Part shown: positions 27,770-44,420 of the stretch, piece by piece
Position numbering within the stretch: the stretch's first letter is position 1
Layout: each line of letters begins with the position of its first letter
From: the human T2T-CHM13v2.0 reference genome, Homo sapiens
Length of the DNA: 64,000 nt
Assembly: GCF_009914755.1 (NCBI RefSeq)
Contig: NC_060930.1
Direction: 5' to 3' (one strand)
Made by a program: the position numbers and the translations under genes
The notes under the pieces: generated by a model
Seen by the model: the letters and a program-made list of their open reading frames with translations, nothing else
The model's database searches: none
What the model was told of the DNA's origin: nothing

Positions 27770-28960
27770 GTTATGCAAAACAACAATGAAAAATAACCCA
27801 AATTTCAACAACATAGTGTAGTAGTCATGTCTGGGGCTCTTGGGTGGTCCCAGTTAATCAGTTTCCCCAGGGGCAACTTTTCCCCATCAGTCTGATTGAT
27901 GTCAGAGATGAATCTTAGAGGCCATCTGATGTTCAAGCTATTAATGCAGTGCTTTTACAAGACAGATAGCAGGAGCAGCCCAGTGGCATGAACTGGATAC
28001 AGTTAGGGGTCAGATGATTGCCTGACTGGGAAGGTTTTCAAGGCCAGATCAGTTATCAGGTGTTTCTTTCATAAAGAGAGTTTAAGCTATTCTTGTAAGG
28101 GTAAGCTTTCTTTCAAGGTTTTTGAGAATTGTGTCTGTGCTGAGGTGACTTGGTTTCCTGGAAGTCCCTGGGCTACATTGTATTACACTGCTAAGTGACA
28201 CACAGTGTTAGCCATGCAAGATGTTTGAGTGGGCCTCATGACAATCATTAATCTTGTAGCCACAATATGACTCTTACAGTATACTACAATTAGTTATCTA
28301 ATGCTGAGTAACAAATTAACCTTAATTTGAACTTAATGACTTATTGAGGTTCGTTCCATTAGACAAAAGCCCCATTGTATGATCAAGTGGTTTTCTGAGA
28401 CAATGCCTTAGCTCTTTATGAAGTCCTGAGAGATTTTATAGTCACACTCTCAGCTTCGTGTTTGGCCCATGTTTCTCTCACAGTATCCTGGAGATGATCC
28501 TTACATCCAGGGACAGATTCTTAATCTCTTACTATTTTAATTTTGCCACTTAGAGAATTGGGAATATTCAACTTTGACAATCCTTGCCTCCATCTTGTTA
28601 ATAGTTCTTCCTTCAGCATATCTGTCTTATATTCTAATACATGCATCAAGAAGAAATAAAGCAGCACCTTCAACACACTGCCTTGAAATCTCCTTGGCTA
28701 CTTGAGAGGATAGTTGACCAGAGGGACATGCATTCTGTCTGGTGGCTCAGAATGGCTGGTCATGAATTGCACTTGAAGTGGCACGCTTATATTCACAGTT
28801 TTAAGTGATGCATTTGGTAATTTTCTGTTTCCACATTACTGCTGGTGGCAGTGTTACTAAACTTTCTGTCACTATATAATAAAGAACCTCCTTCCTCCAG
28901 GACCATTCTCCTCACATCCTCGAGAGAGACATATAAAGCTTTCAAGTTCAGGACTACAAA
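27770..28960. mobile_element. Degenerate ERVL-MaLR LTR and internal sequence
   Basis: gcagcaccttcaacac..gccttgaaatctcc and ccacattactgc...aaactttctgtcactatataa resemble MLT internal sequence. Confidence 0.4.
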
Positions 28961-29049
28961 AAACTCAGCAGAGCTATTGTAGACCTTCTCATCCTAGACA
29001 TTTTGGATGTAGGGGAAGCAATCACTTAAACATGACCACTTATCCTGCT

Positions 29050-29525
29050 GTATTAGGATACTGACAGGAAACATCTGTTATGCTGGAAATACTAATTTGA
29101 TCAGACTAAAAAAGAGACTATTTATAAATATTTGGGCATGTTCTGGGAACACAGTAAGGAATTTCCAGGAACCCAGGGCTAAAGGCAATGGAAACTGTTA
29201 CCACCTGTAGGTGTAAGACTCAAGTCAAGAGAACAATGATGGAAGGCTGGAGAGGGCCTCATGACATTTTCTGTGTCCTTCTTTAGGGAGGCAGTCAATC
29301 TGCAGTGACAGGGCAGAGAGGGGGCCTGGGGAATAAATAACCAATGCCATTCTCTTCTTTCCCCTCTGTTAGTATCCTCCATTAGTTCAAACCAATTAGT
29401 AACCAAAGGAGAAGGGGATTATTCACTCATATTGCTCAGGGACAGCCAGCCTCCTGGAATTCAGAGCAATGTGGAGAACAGTAGAAAGTAGATCTGGAAG
29501 GGTAAAGGGACAGTATTCAGCACAA
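29050..29525. mobile_element. MLT1-type LTR, old
   Basis: cctccattagttcaaaccaattagtaaccaaaggagaaggga...cagcctcc...gagcaatgtggagaa...agtagatctggaagggtaaa. Confidence 0.5.
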
Positions 29526-29554
29526 CAGGGAAATAAAAGACAAGTCTTCTATGC

Positions 29555-29740
29555 CAGTGGTTTCAAAATGTGTTCCCTAATCAGTATCATTGACATCACC
29601 TGAGACTTGCTAGAAATCCAAATTATTAGGCTCCACCATTGACTTATTAAATCAGAATCCCTAATGTGGACTCAACAATATGTGGGTTAACAAGCCCTCT
29701 AGGTGATTCTGATGCATGCTAAAGTATGATAACCATCATT
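29555..29740. mobile_element. MER5A (hAT-Charlie MITE)
   Basis: cagtggtttcaaaatgtg...catcacctgaga.ttgctagaaat...aacaagccctctaggtgattctgatgcatgctaaagt. Confidence 0.85.
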
Positions 29741-30535
29741 CTATACTCTAAAATATACAATAGTTGTATGAGTGTATGAGGTATTTAATCCTATCTCCCC
29801 CATCAGCTCATCACTCTTCCTCTCATGCCCTCACAGGCCCTGGAATTGGAGACAGGGCACAAGATTATTATTCATGGACACTTGCCAATGCAGTATCAAT
29901 CCTTGGTTTCCTCTTAAACTAATTCTTCCCTTTTTAGTCCAAGGGTCCTCTGTATTGATTATTTATGGATTAACTTTATCACCAGAGTCATTCAAAGCCT
30001 TGCTTTTTGATTCTCAAAATGTTTTAAATTGCAAAACTTTTTTCCTGCACTTGTCTTTGCTATAAGTTACAAAAATTTAACACTTTTAATAAGAACCAAA
30101 CTCTGATCTGATTTGATCAGCTGAACTGAGGGTTCAAAATAAAGTTGAAGGAATTGGTTGGGAGGATAATATTTTTATTTTACTATATAATCTTTCTCCA
30201 CAGGCAGAAATTCTGTTTTACAAAAAGCACTGTAGCTATTTCCTAAAGAGGATTAAAGGTCACAAAGTAAGAGAACTAGCTGGGCCAAAGAGCACAATAT
30301 TAAATTATCAAATATGGTGCTAAACTTACAACTGCAGAGTTGACCAGTTGTTATTTGAATATATTATATATTATGGAGCTTGAGACAGAGGTTCGGTTCC
30401 TAACTCAGGAAGTTCTTCATTTCTTCTTTCAGGTACATTCCTTTTAAAAAGAAAAAAACTCAATATTAATTTTTTAACTTCAAAAGTAATATACAGATTT
30501 TAACTAGTGAAATATGACATAAAAGGCACATTGAC

Positions 30536-30885
<350 letters not shown>

Positions 30886-31065
30886 CTAATATGAATAAAA
30901 ATTCATACACCCTCTCCCATCTTCAGTGAAACTAGAAGAGGGCCACTTCCTTAAAATACAGTTCTATAAAAAATATCTTTTCAAGAGAATGATTTTGAAA
31001 TTAATCAAGGGAAGATTTTCAAATCTACATGTGCCTCCCCAGATCTCAAGGAGGAATGGATTTCT

Positions 31066-31442
31066 TTTTTTTTTCTCTCTTTATATATACATATTTTTTT
31101 ATTATACTTTAAGTTCTAGGGTACATGTGCACAACGTGCAGGCTTGTTACATGTGCATACATGTGCCATGTTGGTGTGCTGTACCCATTAATTCGTCATT
31201 TACATTAGGTATATCTCCTAATGCTATCCCTCCCCCCTCCCCCTACCCCACAACAGGCCCCGGTGTGTGATGTTCCCCTTCCTGTGTCCAAGTGTTCTCA
31301 TTGTTCAATTCCCACCTATGAGTGAGAACATGCGGTGTTTGGTTTTTTGTCCTTGAGATAGTTTGCTGAGAATGATGGTTTTCAGCTTCATCCATGTCCT
31401 TACAAAGGACATGAACTCATCATTTTTTATGGCTGCATAGTA
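31066..31442 (-). mobile_element. 5'-truncated L1PA (L1PA5/6-like), 3' end only
   Basis: L1PA 3'UTR; 18-bp TSD aaggagga(a/g)tggatttct at 31048-31065 and 31443-31460. Confidence 0.95.
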
Positions 31443-31734
31443 AAGGAGGAGTGGATTTCTAAGAGTGATGAAAGTCTTAGTGTTCTGTGCTTGATGAATT
31501 ATTTTTTAACTGGAACAGCAAGAACAAGGGTAAGGGTTAATGGCAGAAAACAAGCTTGGAAGAAATATTCCTATTACTGAGAATGACTTCAATTTCTTTA
31601 AGAATTAGATAGAGATAATGAGTGTCTATAGAGTTGTTGTGAGAACTAGAGAGGTTAATATGACAGGTAATATGCTCAGCTTGATGGAAATAGTAGGAAC
31701 TCAGTCAATATTAGCCATAACCATAGTTCATTGT

Positions 31735-31900
31735 GATTAACTGTATGGACTCTGGACTGACGTAACCTAGGTTCAAATCCCAGCTCTGCTGCTTATCAGG
31801 GGTATGAACTCAAGCAAGTTACTTAATCTCCTCACATGTAAATTTCCTCAGTGGGAATAGAATTGCACTTATCCAATAAGGTTATTGGTAAAGTTGAAAG
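31735..31900 (+). mobile_element. MIR SINE
   Basis: ggactctgga...acctaggttcaaatcccagctctgctgcttatcag...gcaagttacttaatctc. Confidence 0.75.
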
Positions 31901-33624
31901 GTTTAGAAGGATCATTTATGTTCTTTTTTTTATTCATTAAAATCAACGATGCATATTATTGGACATTTTGATGTTTCTGATATTTACAATTGTAAGTGAT
32001 CTGATGAATATCCTTGTAACTAAATCCTTGGACCCATTCCCTGAGTGAAAATAGAATTACTGAGTTGAAGATACACATGGTTTAATGGCTTTTTACTTTT
32101 ATTACTAAAATAGTCTAAGAATTGTTTATTCTCTCACCAACAATGTATAGGTGTCCATTTCCTTATATCCTCACTTTTTTCATGTTATAATTTTTAAGAA
32201 TATTTGCCAATTTGTAGGTGAAAAATGTTAATTTCTATAAAAAACTGCCTCCATTCCATTGGCTAAAAGTAATTTTTAAAGGTCTCAACTAAACAAAATC
32301 TTAGATAATTTGACAACCCTTACCAGGCTTTTGCACTCTCAGTTCCCCAAATCTTTCAAATTTAAATAATCCCGGGTAGTGTCATAGTTTTATTCTAGAC
32401 ATCTTAAAGAATTTGGGAAAGATATGCCTGTTCTGAGAGAAGCCCATAGGTATTTATTTCTTATTGTTGTCTGATCATAAGAAAAAATAGAATTTTCTGG
32501 CCTAAATCTGGAAGGTGTAACTCAAATCTTCTTTGAATTCGTTTTTAAAGAAATAATATAATTACCTATTTTTCCCTAAAGAAGTGTTTTTTTGTTGTTG
32601 TTGTTGTTTGTTTGTTTGTTTTAAGTACAAAAGCCTTCAGTAGTTTGGTTCTATTCACTTTAGATAAGCAGCCAAAAAGTTCAGAAGCCCAATCCAAAAT
32701 TATTCTCTGTCTTTACTTGCCAAAAAGATCAGATTAAATATCGCATAAGAATAGGCTTTCTTGGAAGATTTCTGGTTCAGGACTTCCTGGCTTTGGCATG
32801 AGTTAAGGACACCACAATACAAGTAGTTGACTCAGAACTGTAGTGAGAGTGGTACCTAGGAGTCTAAAAACAAAATACTGTCTGCATCTTCTATTTGAAT
32901 AATTCATAAGGATTTATTTTTATCTATCTCAACTCCAGTATTAAATTTAAATAACATTCTCTTACCTAAAGATGTTGGTTTAACAATAAATTTTTTTAAT
33001 GTCTTAAATATATTTTTGCTTGCAGTTTGTCTAAATGCCGTTTTTCAGGAAACAATCGTTTGTCCTTAAGTAGAATACATTCCCTTTAACCGCTTGATCA
33101 TTACATTTCTTTCTCATGCTTCTGTGTGGTATAATTTTTGCACTTTAAATAGTACGCTATTAAGCCATGTGGAGGATATTTTTGACTGTATCATACCTAT
33201 GGGTATTTGGTTTTTAAACATAATATGGTTTCTCAAAAGGTCTGGTATTGAAATAACAAATTTAGAATAAAATTACTCTCTTAACCATATCCCTTAAATG
33301 GTTTGAATTCTAGCTGTGGATAAATCCTAGTTTCTTTAGAAGTTACCTCTCCCGTTAGACCAGCCATCCCCAGCAATTAAGACTGGCCAGTGTGCTCCTG
33401 CGGACAGTTCCTGCCTTGATTTACAGGGTTAGGAATTAAGGACTTTTTCACAAAGGATGCTTGTTGGGTATTTTCTATCATATCCTAGTGACTCTGAGCA
33501 CTATAAAGACCATGTATTTTAAATTTGATGCTAATAAACTTTAATCTATACTAGATATTTATATTCCTTTTTCTAAACTTTAAATGAATTACATCTTAAT
33601 TACTTGCTTGAGAAATTTTTTTTC

Positions 33625-35830
<2,206 letters not shown>

Positions 35831-36011
35831 AAATTACATATGTAGTACATGCTTGTATTTAAAAAAACACATCAGAGTAATTGAAAAGTATAGATGGTAT
35901 AACATGAAAGCTCCTCAGCCTCTCTTCCAGTTTTTGTCACTAGAGATGACAGTGTTAACAAGTTGGCTAATGTTGCATCTATTTTTCTAAAAATTTTCTG
36001 AGCACATATAA

Positions 36012-36012
36012 G

Positions 36013-36043
<31 letters not shown>

Positions 36044-36060
36044 TGTGTGTGTGTGTGTGT
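36012..36060. repeat. Interrupted (TG)n microsatellite
   Basis: About 24 TG units with one gg interruption. Confidence 0.92.
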
Positions 36061-36161
36061 ATTGCTTTTCTTACAGAAATGGGATCATATTATAACATTT
36101 TATTAAGACATTTTGTAATTTGCTGTTCTTACTCAACAACATAATATGAACAGTGTTCTAG

Positions 36162-36554
<393 letters not shown>

Positions 36555-37260
36555 TAATTTTTGGCTGATAGAACAAATTATACAGTGTATAGCTTAATGA
36601 TACATTCTTACCTGTGGCTGCCACATCAGTCTCTTGTTTGTTCAAAAGAAAAGTTTAAAGAATTTAAACATTCTCTTTTCTTTGAACTATGATTTTGAGA
36701 TTTTATGTCTTGATTAGGGAGACATAGAAATAATTTTACTATGTTCTATTCTATTATTCATTCCTTTTTGTATTTATGTTAGGATGTTTAATCTATCTGG
36801 AAAGTATTCTTCACATATAGTATGAGTAGGGTAATTCTTTTTTCCTAAATAGAGGATTGTTTTAATAAAGTCTTTTATTATACGGTTCATTTTCCCCCTG
36901 GAATTCAAAATGTCACTTTTTAAATATATAAACAAACTCTTATATTAACATAAGCATGGAATTGACTACTGTCTTTGTTTTTTTATTTGTCTATTTTTTA
37001 ATCATTATCAGAATCTTAATTCATGTAGCCTTACAGTATGTTTTGATAGTCGGTAAGATGATTTCTTCCTTTTGTAAAATTAACCTGCAAAATAAAATTA
37101 AGGATTAATTCTTTGAAAACTTATTTTGTATGTGTCCTCATTCTATTCCATTCTTTTCCTCCTGTTTCCACTTTTCCTATTCCTTCTTCGTTTTTGTCGT
37201 TAATTTTTCCTGGAAGTTTTTATTGTGCTGTTTGCTTTGTTTTTTGATTTTTGTCGCTAG

Positions 37261-37564
37261 TTTTTTTTTTTTTTTTTTTTTTGAGACAGAGTCTTACTCT
37301 GTTGCCCAGACGGGAGTACAGTGGCGCGATATCAGCTCACTGCAACCTCCACCTTCCAGGTTCAGACGATTCTTCTGCCTCAGCCTCATGAATAGCTGGG
37401 ATTTCAGGCATGTACAACCATGCGTGGTTAATTTTTTTATTTTTAGTAGAGATAAAGTTTCACCATGTTGGCCAGGCTGATCTCAAACTCCCGACCTCAA
37501 GTGATCCAACTGCCTCGGCCTCCCAAAGTGCTAGGATTATAGGCATGAGCCACCACACCCGGCC
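37261..37564 (-). mobile_element. AluS
   Basis: T-tail followed by the full antisense Alu ending cacacccggcc. Confidence 0.95.
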
Positions 37565-39411
37565 ATGGCTAACATTTTGAATGAAATCATTTTGTAAATA
37601 CTTTTATCTTCTTTTCTTTTTGTTATCTCACAGAAAAAAAAAAAAACCATGTAAATACTTTTCAAATGGAACCATCACTAAGAAACATTTGCAAAAGCTA
37701 TTGAGTTACTATTTATAATATAACTATCTTACAGATAACTGTTTTATTAGTTCTACTAGTTTTGAAGTTGTTACTTTTAAATTTTCTATATAGAAAATGA
37801 TCAAATTCAAATATAGAAGATGATTAACTCTACCCATAGAATTAATTTTACAGCAAAGAACCTATATGGATAAGAAGACTGTTATTCCAGCATCTACTTA
37901 ATTTACATATTTATTTGGAAGTTGTTAATTTGATCCATTAGTTGTTACTTTGGTGATATATATTACATTAAAAACAATATTGTTTATGCTTATAATTATA
38001 ATTAATTATTTTTCTGAATATGACATGAAGCCAGTTACTAGGCCAATGGATGACTCTTTTATATGAAAACTACATTCTGATTTAAATATAATTATTTACA
38101 AATGCTAGGTCAGAATTATGTAAATGATTTTAAACTTACACCCTTTGTCCTGAGACAAGAGTCTGATTGTTATGGAAAAGCCTAGTTAAGTCAGACTAAT
38201 ACATTACCTTGATTAGAGCAAAACACATTGACAAAATCTCATTTAATCCTCATAATGATTTTTTAGTTAGATATTGTTATCCTTTATTCTTCATAATTGC
38301 CTAGCAATCAAGTTAAGATAGAGTCAAGGTCAAAGATCTCTTGGTCCACAGGTAGCTTTAATTCATATAAATATGGAACGGTTTTTGGCTTTGAGTGAAG
38401 GCAATATAGACCTTCATGATGTTAAAAACATTAAAGCAAGGGATCTACTTAAATGTTTCAAAGTCAGTTTGCTTTCTTTCATTCAAGTGGGAACAGGGTA
38501 GCTTAGGGACCAGAGAGAGAGCACTGAGAGCAGGGCCAAAAGAAAACAGATGAGAAAGGAGACAAAATAGGGACAGGGCTGTGAGAAACATGGACTCAGG
38601 AGGTGCTTAGGAAGACAATCTTGGTAAGACATGATAGGCTGGCCTCAATAAGAAAACATGGGTGGGTGAAAATATATGTGTAGGTGATAGGTGGTTAGTT
38701 AATGATGGGTGACACTTGATTCAGACATGCCATAAGTTAAATTATAATAAAATAATGAAATGTGTCTCAAATTTACTGCCACTGATGCTGAAAGTCAGAC
38801 AAAACTATTTGAGAAATTATGTTGCTGCCCACATTAATAAAGTAGCATATAGAATTTCACATGCCTCCTCTCCTAATAATACTGCCATATTTCAAACAGA
38901 AACTTTCCTTGTGTGTGCCAGTACTGATCCTGACATTTCGCTATTACCCTAAAACATTTTTTGTTAATCCCTCTAAATGACATAGTAAGTGATTTCTTGA
39001 TGCTGAATAAACACAATGTGCTGGTTAATCTGAAGGGAGATACAACTGATATTAGTATATATTCAAATGTATTTTGAAATATGCATATTGGATAAAATGT
39101 TGCTCTAACAGTTTTTCGTGCACTAAATTAACGTTTTTAAGGCATTTTAGTTTTACCAGCGGGACCACAATGGGTGTCAAGATTTTCTAAAGAACTTCAT
39201 CCAGAAAGCTTCACTCCTGAGAATTGAGGAAAAAAAGTGTAATAGGAATAAAAAGACTTGATAGTGAAATAAAAAGTCATTAGAAAGACTAGATGTGTCA
39301 TTAGAAAGTACAAGAAGGGTGTGGAAAGCAGGACCATGACTGAAATTGGGCATATAGTTTCTCAGTCACTGAACAAGCATCTGCCAGGTACTACTAAGTG
39401 CAAGAAACTGC

Positions 39412-39508
39412 CTTAAATACTCATGAAACGTATCAATAAGTCAATTTCCCCATAACCTATTGAGGAATGGGGAAATTGACTTATTGATAGGTTTCATGAG
39501 TAATTAAG
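39412..39508. repeat. Long inverted repeat (hairpin or cruciform potential)
   Basis: Arms 39418-39453 and 39467-39502 are reverse complements at 35 of 36 positions; 13-nt spacer. Confidence 0.93.
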
Positions 39509-40576
39509 ATAATTCTACCTATTTAGGAAATTATAGGCTAATTGTCATCTAGCCTTCTGTGTGTGTGTGTCTATATATGTATTTATCTGTTTGTGTATGT
39601 GTGTGTGTGTGCCTCCATGGGGAAACTGACTTATTGATAGTAGTGTCACATCAGTGTTCCTTTTTTAGTTGTTGTTATGGAGACATATACAAAGAATAGT
39701 GATTAAGGGTGGTGAGATAATATATAAGCAAAGTCTGTCATTGTCAGGCACTGCTTGGTTAAAGGTAATCAAAAGGAGTCAGGCTTGGAGGGACTGATAC
39801 CCAGAACCAAAATGCCTATGAGGATTAGTCAGATGGTGAAGGGACAGACTGAATGCCATATTCTGAGATGCTGCCTGGTCCAGCAGCATGGAGACAGTAA
39901 CAGCTCTGACATCAGCCAGTTCAGATAAGTCAGCATGCAGGTGTCCCACTCTGAAGGTGAGTCAAAGGCAGTCAGCCTCAGGATTAGTGTCAGCAGTTTT
40001 GGGACCTTAATTAAGCAAATGTGTTCAAATTCAGAAGTACTTTTCAAAGGATGGATGCTGGGCAGAGCTGGGTAGATTGTCAAGCAAGAGATTCAGGCAC
40101 AGAAAACTGAGCCAAAACTCAAATCTCAGACCCGGGACAAAAAGGCAGGACTGCACTAGTTACTTGATGTTAAGTCCCTGAAAAATGACTTCTTTCTGAC
40201 TGAATACTAGTCATATCCAAGCAAGGCAAGGTTTTAATTTACATATCAATATATAAGGGGCAGCAAATGCTGTTTAAAAATCTGTAATTCAATAGTTCCA
40301 CATTCAATTTTATTTTATTTGGAACATAGTTTACAGATTCTGGCAATAAATTTGTGCTATCTTTATAAAATAAATGGAGGAGATTCTCATCTTTCTTTAT
40401 GGTATCAGATAGTTAAGCAACATCGGAATAATTTGAAAAATTTGGCCCCCCTTTTAAGAGGCAGACCACTTTTCTTAATATTTTGTGTTTATTATATTTA
40501 TCCCTCATTTATTTGATATTTTAAGACCTTTACAGAATCTTCTCTCTTATGTAGGAGACACAAATTGGAAAGTTGG

Positions 40577-40949
40577 TGCTATGGTTTGAATGTATCCCCT
40601 CCAAAATTTGTGCGTTGAAAGCTTAATTCCTAATGCAGCAGTGTTGGGAGGTGTGGCCTTTTGTGAGGCATTTAGGTCATGAGGGCAGAATGAATTAATG
40701 CAATTATAAAAAGGGCTTGTGGGTGTGGACTCACTCTCTTTTTAGCTCTTCCATGTGAGAATACAATGTTCGTCTCTCTTGCCCTTCCACCTTCTAACAC
40801 GTAAGGATGCAGCAAGAAGTCCCTTACCAGACACCATTGTTTTGATCTTGGGCTTTCCAGCCTCCAGAACAGTAAAGAAACATATTTCCATTCTTCGTAA
40901 ATTACCCAGCCTATGGTATTCTGTTATAGCAGCGCAAACACTTAAGGCA
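40577..40949 (+). mobile_element. MST (MSTC/D-like) MaLR solo LTR
   Basis: tgctatggtttgaatgtatcccctccaaaatt...ttccagcctccagaac...tgttatagcagc; TSD gttgg/attgg. Confidence 0.85.
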
Positions 40950-41459
40950 ATTGGAAATTGGACAAAGTTGAAGACTTTTAAGAAAAGAGTGATGGAGTCA
41001 AGGCTAGAACAGCATCATGAGGGCTGTTCTATAAATACTTTCGGACTTTTCAAAGACATGTTGCTTCAAGTGCAAATAACCTGTTTTTATTTTGATTTTG
41101 ACCTAAGCTCTCTTTATCTAAATTATATGATAAATATAATTTATTCATATTTATGTAAATAGTATGACATGGTTTTTGAGTAACAAAATATTTTCAGTCC
41201 TAGAAAAACAAAGTTTTGGTAACCACAGTGAACCTGGCAATAAGCGCAGTTTAGAGCCACTAAAAGAAGCTGTGAAGCTCTAGTTTTAAAATGGTTTGTA
41301 AGCCACATGTCCTTATAATGGGATGACATTTGTGAACTCTACACATGTAAAAACAGGAAAATAATGAATTTGCTTTCACTGAAGATCGTCTAACCATGGT
41401 TCCTTTCTATTTTTTGCACATACACACACAGACATTTTCTGTTGTTTGGAACCTAAAAG

Positions 41460-41461
<2 letters not shown>

Positions 41462-41506
<45 letters not shown>
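41462..41506. repeat. (AT)n microsatellite, about 22 units
   Basis: Perfect atatat run. Confidence 0.95.
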
Positions 41507-41512
<6 letters not shown>

Positions 41513-42724
41513 CATGCATTTTAACACATAACATTTTATTTCTTTTGAAATACAATTTAATATATGAAAAATTATTAAATGCCTGCTGTGTTCTATATTA
41601 TTATTTATTTTAAAATATTGTCTACTTAGGCACCTGAACTGAACATAAAAAATATATACAGTTAGTGTTTACCTTGGTTTAATATACGTAGGATGATATA
41701 ACCCCAACATTATTTGAAGAGAGTCTAGAGTTATTAAAGCAAACTGTTATAATGTAAAATGTATTACATTTTAAGTTTGCTTTTTGTTGATAAAAAATTT
41801 AAAGCATACCTTAATTAAACAAAATGAAAATATTCTCAATATAAATAATGAGTTGATGGAGGAAATAAAGATGGCTTTCAAATTTCCTTTATGTTTCTAA
41901 CTTGAATGTTACCAATCATATCATGCATATTATGAGATTTTGTGTGTGGGAAAAGGCATAAAGCTATGATCTTGGGGGCATGTGGCTCAGGCTGAATTTG
42001 CTAGCACAGCCAAGTCAGGCACACAATACAGCAAATCATTTGTTTGGTGCTTTAAGGCAGTTTCAGTTTAAGAATGAGTTGTATATATTCCTTACTTTGT
42101 CTTTATGTTGCTCATATTGTCAAATTTGGGTTATGATTTTCTTGAGGAAGCTAGAAAAGTGAAACACACAATTTAAATGCATTTTCTAATCAAGACATAT
42201 AAACAGATTTTTGTGTATTATGTATACTTTTTACTTTTCTTGAGAAACAAAAGACCAAAGCACTTAACAGCATAGGTATGTCTACTTCAATCCTTTGACC
42301 ATAAAAATATATATACAACTTAAGAATTGTATAATTTTTTCCATGTACACATATTTTATTAATAATACTCTGCTCAAACAATTTTTTTAACCAGTCAGAA
42401 AATATTTTTTAAACACCCATTCTTCTTTTGGGTTAGAATAATGTTTTCCATTTGGAATTTGTCCTCTAATTGGTTTATTACTCGCCAAAGGGGAAATGGT
42501 GAGCCTTTGAATGTGTTATTCAGAGTAATACAGACTATGCGCTAAAATGTAACGCTTTATGTTTAGAAGACAGCTTTAGCTCAATTTTAATCCTGCTAAA
42601 ATCTACATAACATAGGTATGCCCTTTATATACCTTATTTATATAGCGTAATTGAAAAACAATTATAAAAAACAATTGACAATAAAATTGAAAAACAATTA
42701 TGCTATTCTTCATTAGAGTAGAAA

Positions 42725-43235
42725 TTGTTGATTGTCTTCTCCAACAACCATTGCCCCATTTCTCCTTCCTGAGAATGTCCTGATTTCTATTTATGTGTCC
42801 GTATCTCTTCTGGGCAGCCCAAGAGCTTCTAAGGAAGTTTATGTCTGAAAAACAGTAATCCCATTATCCTTGCAACAGGAACAGGTTCAGAAACAGTGCT
42901 AAATCAATGTAGCCACAGCAATTATTTTATATGTGATGTGCGACCCAATTTGGGCCCATGAGACATGAAGAAAGATGGCTGGGCTCTTCTGAGAGAGTAG
43001 TCTCTTCTCTTGTAAATACATTGTGGTGTGCCAGTGTGAGGCCTAGTACTGCTGTCGCCATTTATACCAATTTGAGGATGCAGCCACATAGGCAAGTACA
43101 GCTAAAGGAATAGCAGAGATATGGAGATGCAGCCACTGAATTAAGCCAATCCCAGAGCCTGCTCTACCTCTGAAATTTATGATGTAAATTTCTTATTTAC
43201 TTTACTTTGCATGTTCTCATCAAAAACATTCTAAA
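42725..43235. mobile_element. MLT1J/K-like LTR
   Basis: tgttgattgtc...ccattgccccatttctcc...gacccaatttgggcccatgaga...gctgtcgccatttt. Confidence 0.55.
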
Positions 43236-43689
43236 TTCATAGGTTCAAAAACCACATATTTCAGATTTTTAGCATAGTTTTTTCCCAGTATTTTCAGGAA
43301 GGGCAATTCATTGAGTCAAATTAAATATGATATATTTCAAAATATTTTAAGTGTCTATGTAAATAGAGGTATACACTACAAAAATTGTTAGTCAAACCAT
43401 ATGTTCTGATTTGGGGTTTGAAAAGCATCACGTCCATTTTTGGAGCTAATGCTTATTAACATGGTTTTCTCAATGTTTGGCAAGATACTTGAAGCACATT
43501 TTCAGTACATCCTGAAAACATTTTCCCTTCTGTTTATAGTTTATGATATCATTACCTCGGTCCATCATGAAGCAGCTACTTATATATTCTGCTCTCTTGC
43601 TATTCTTCCATTCAGAGTTACCTAATATTAACTACCGTTTAATAGTGAACAATAGTACGTCTTTTTAAAAGCCACATTTAGCTGAACTT

Positions 43690-44420
43690 TTTCATTCATT
43701 CAACATTGAATTATGATTTTTAGTATTGTACCCAGCCTGTGCCAGCACAGTGCTAGCCATTGGTATTAGCTGTGTGACAGATAAAAGTCCCGCACTCTAA
43801 GCGTTTATTGACTTGTGGTTTAGACAGAAAAGGAAATGAACAGTTAATTCAAAGTGATAAGAATATTATGGGGCTAAGTATAGAGTCTTATGAAAACAAA
43901 TGGTGGGTGGTATGTAATCCAGACTTGGGTATTTAGAGAAGGAGACTCAAAAAAAGTAACATCTAAGCTGAGACTGAAAGGCCAAGTAGGAAATAGCTGT
44001 TAACCGTGTGAAGTTCTGAGAGGAAGAGGGAAGGCATAGAAGTGGCTTTCTCGGTCAGGGAACAGTGCATAGACACAAAAAGAGAAGAGAATATGGTACA
44101 TCCTGGGCAGCCAGAAGTAATTCGAGATGCTGGTGCACAAAGCATTTCATGTCATCAGAAGCCCAATTAGGAAGGGCTTTGGAGGCCTGCTAATGAATTT
44201 GAACTTTACTCTGAGAACACTGAGAAACTTTGGAAGGAAGAAACTTAAACAGTGAATAAGAGGATATCTTTACCTTTAGTGTAATTGTCCAAAAGAGATC
44301 AAGATTACCGCCAGGGAGACCAGTAAGAGAGCCTAGGCAGTCATTTGAGCAAGAAATGATGTTGGCTTGGGTTCTCTTAAGAAAAATAATTAATAGGATG
44401 TAGTGATTAATTGGGTGTTG
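43690..44420 (-). mobile_element. L2 LINE fragment
   Basis: ttcattcattcaaca...tgtgccagcacagtgctag...tctaagctgagactgaaag...gaactttactctgag. Confidence 0.7.

Noticed and set aside
30410-30440. Possible recursive splice site tttcag|gtacat
   Set aside because: The donor half is weak and no host intron is established.
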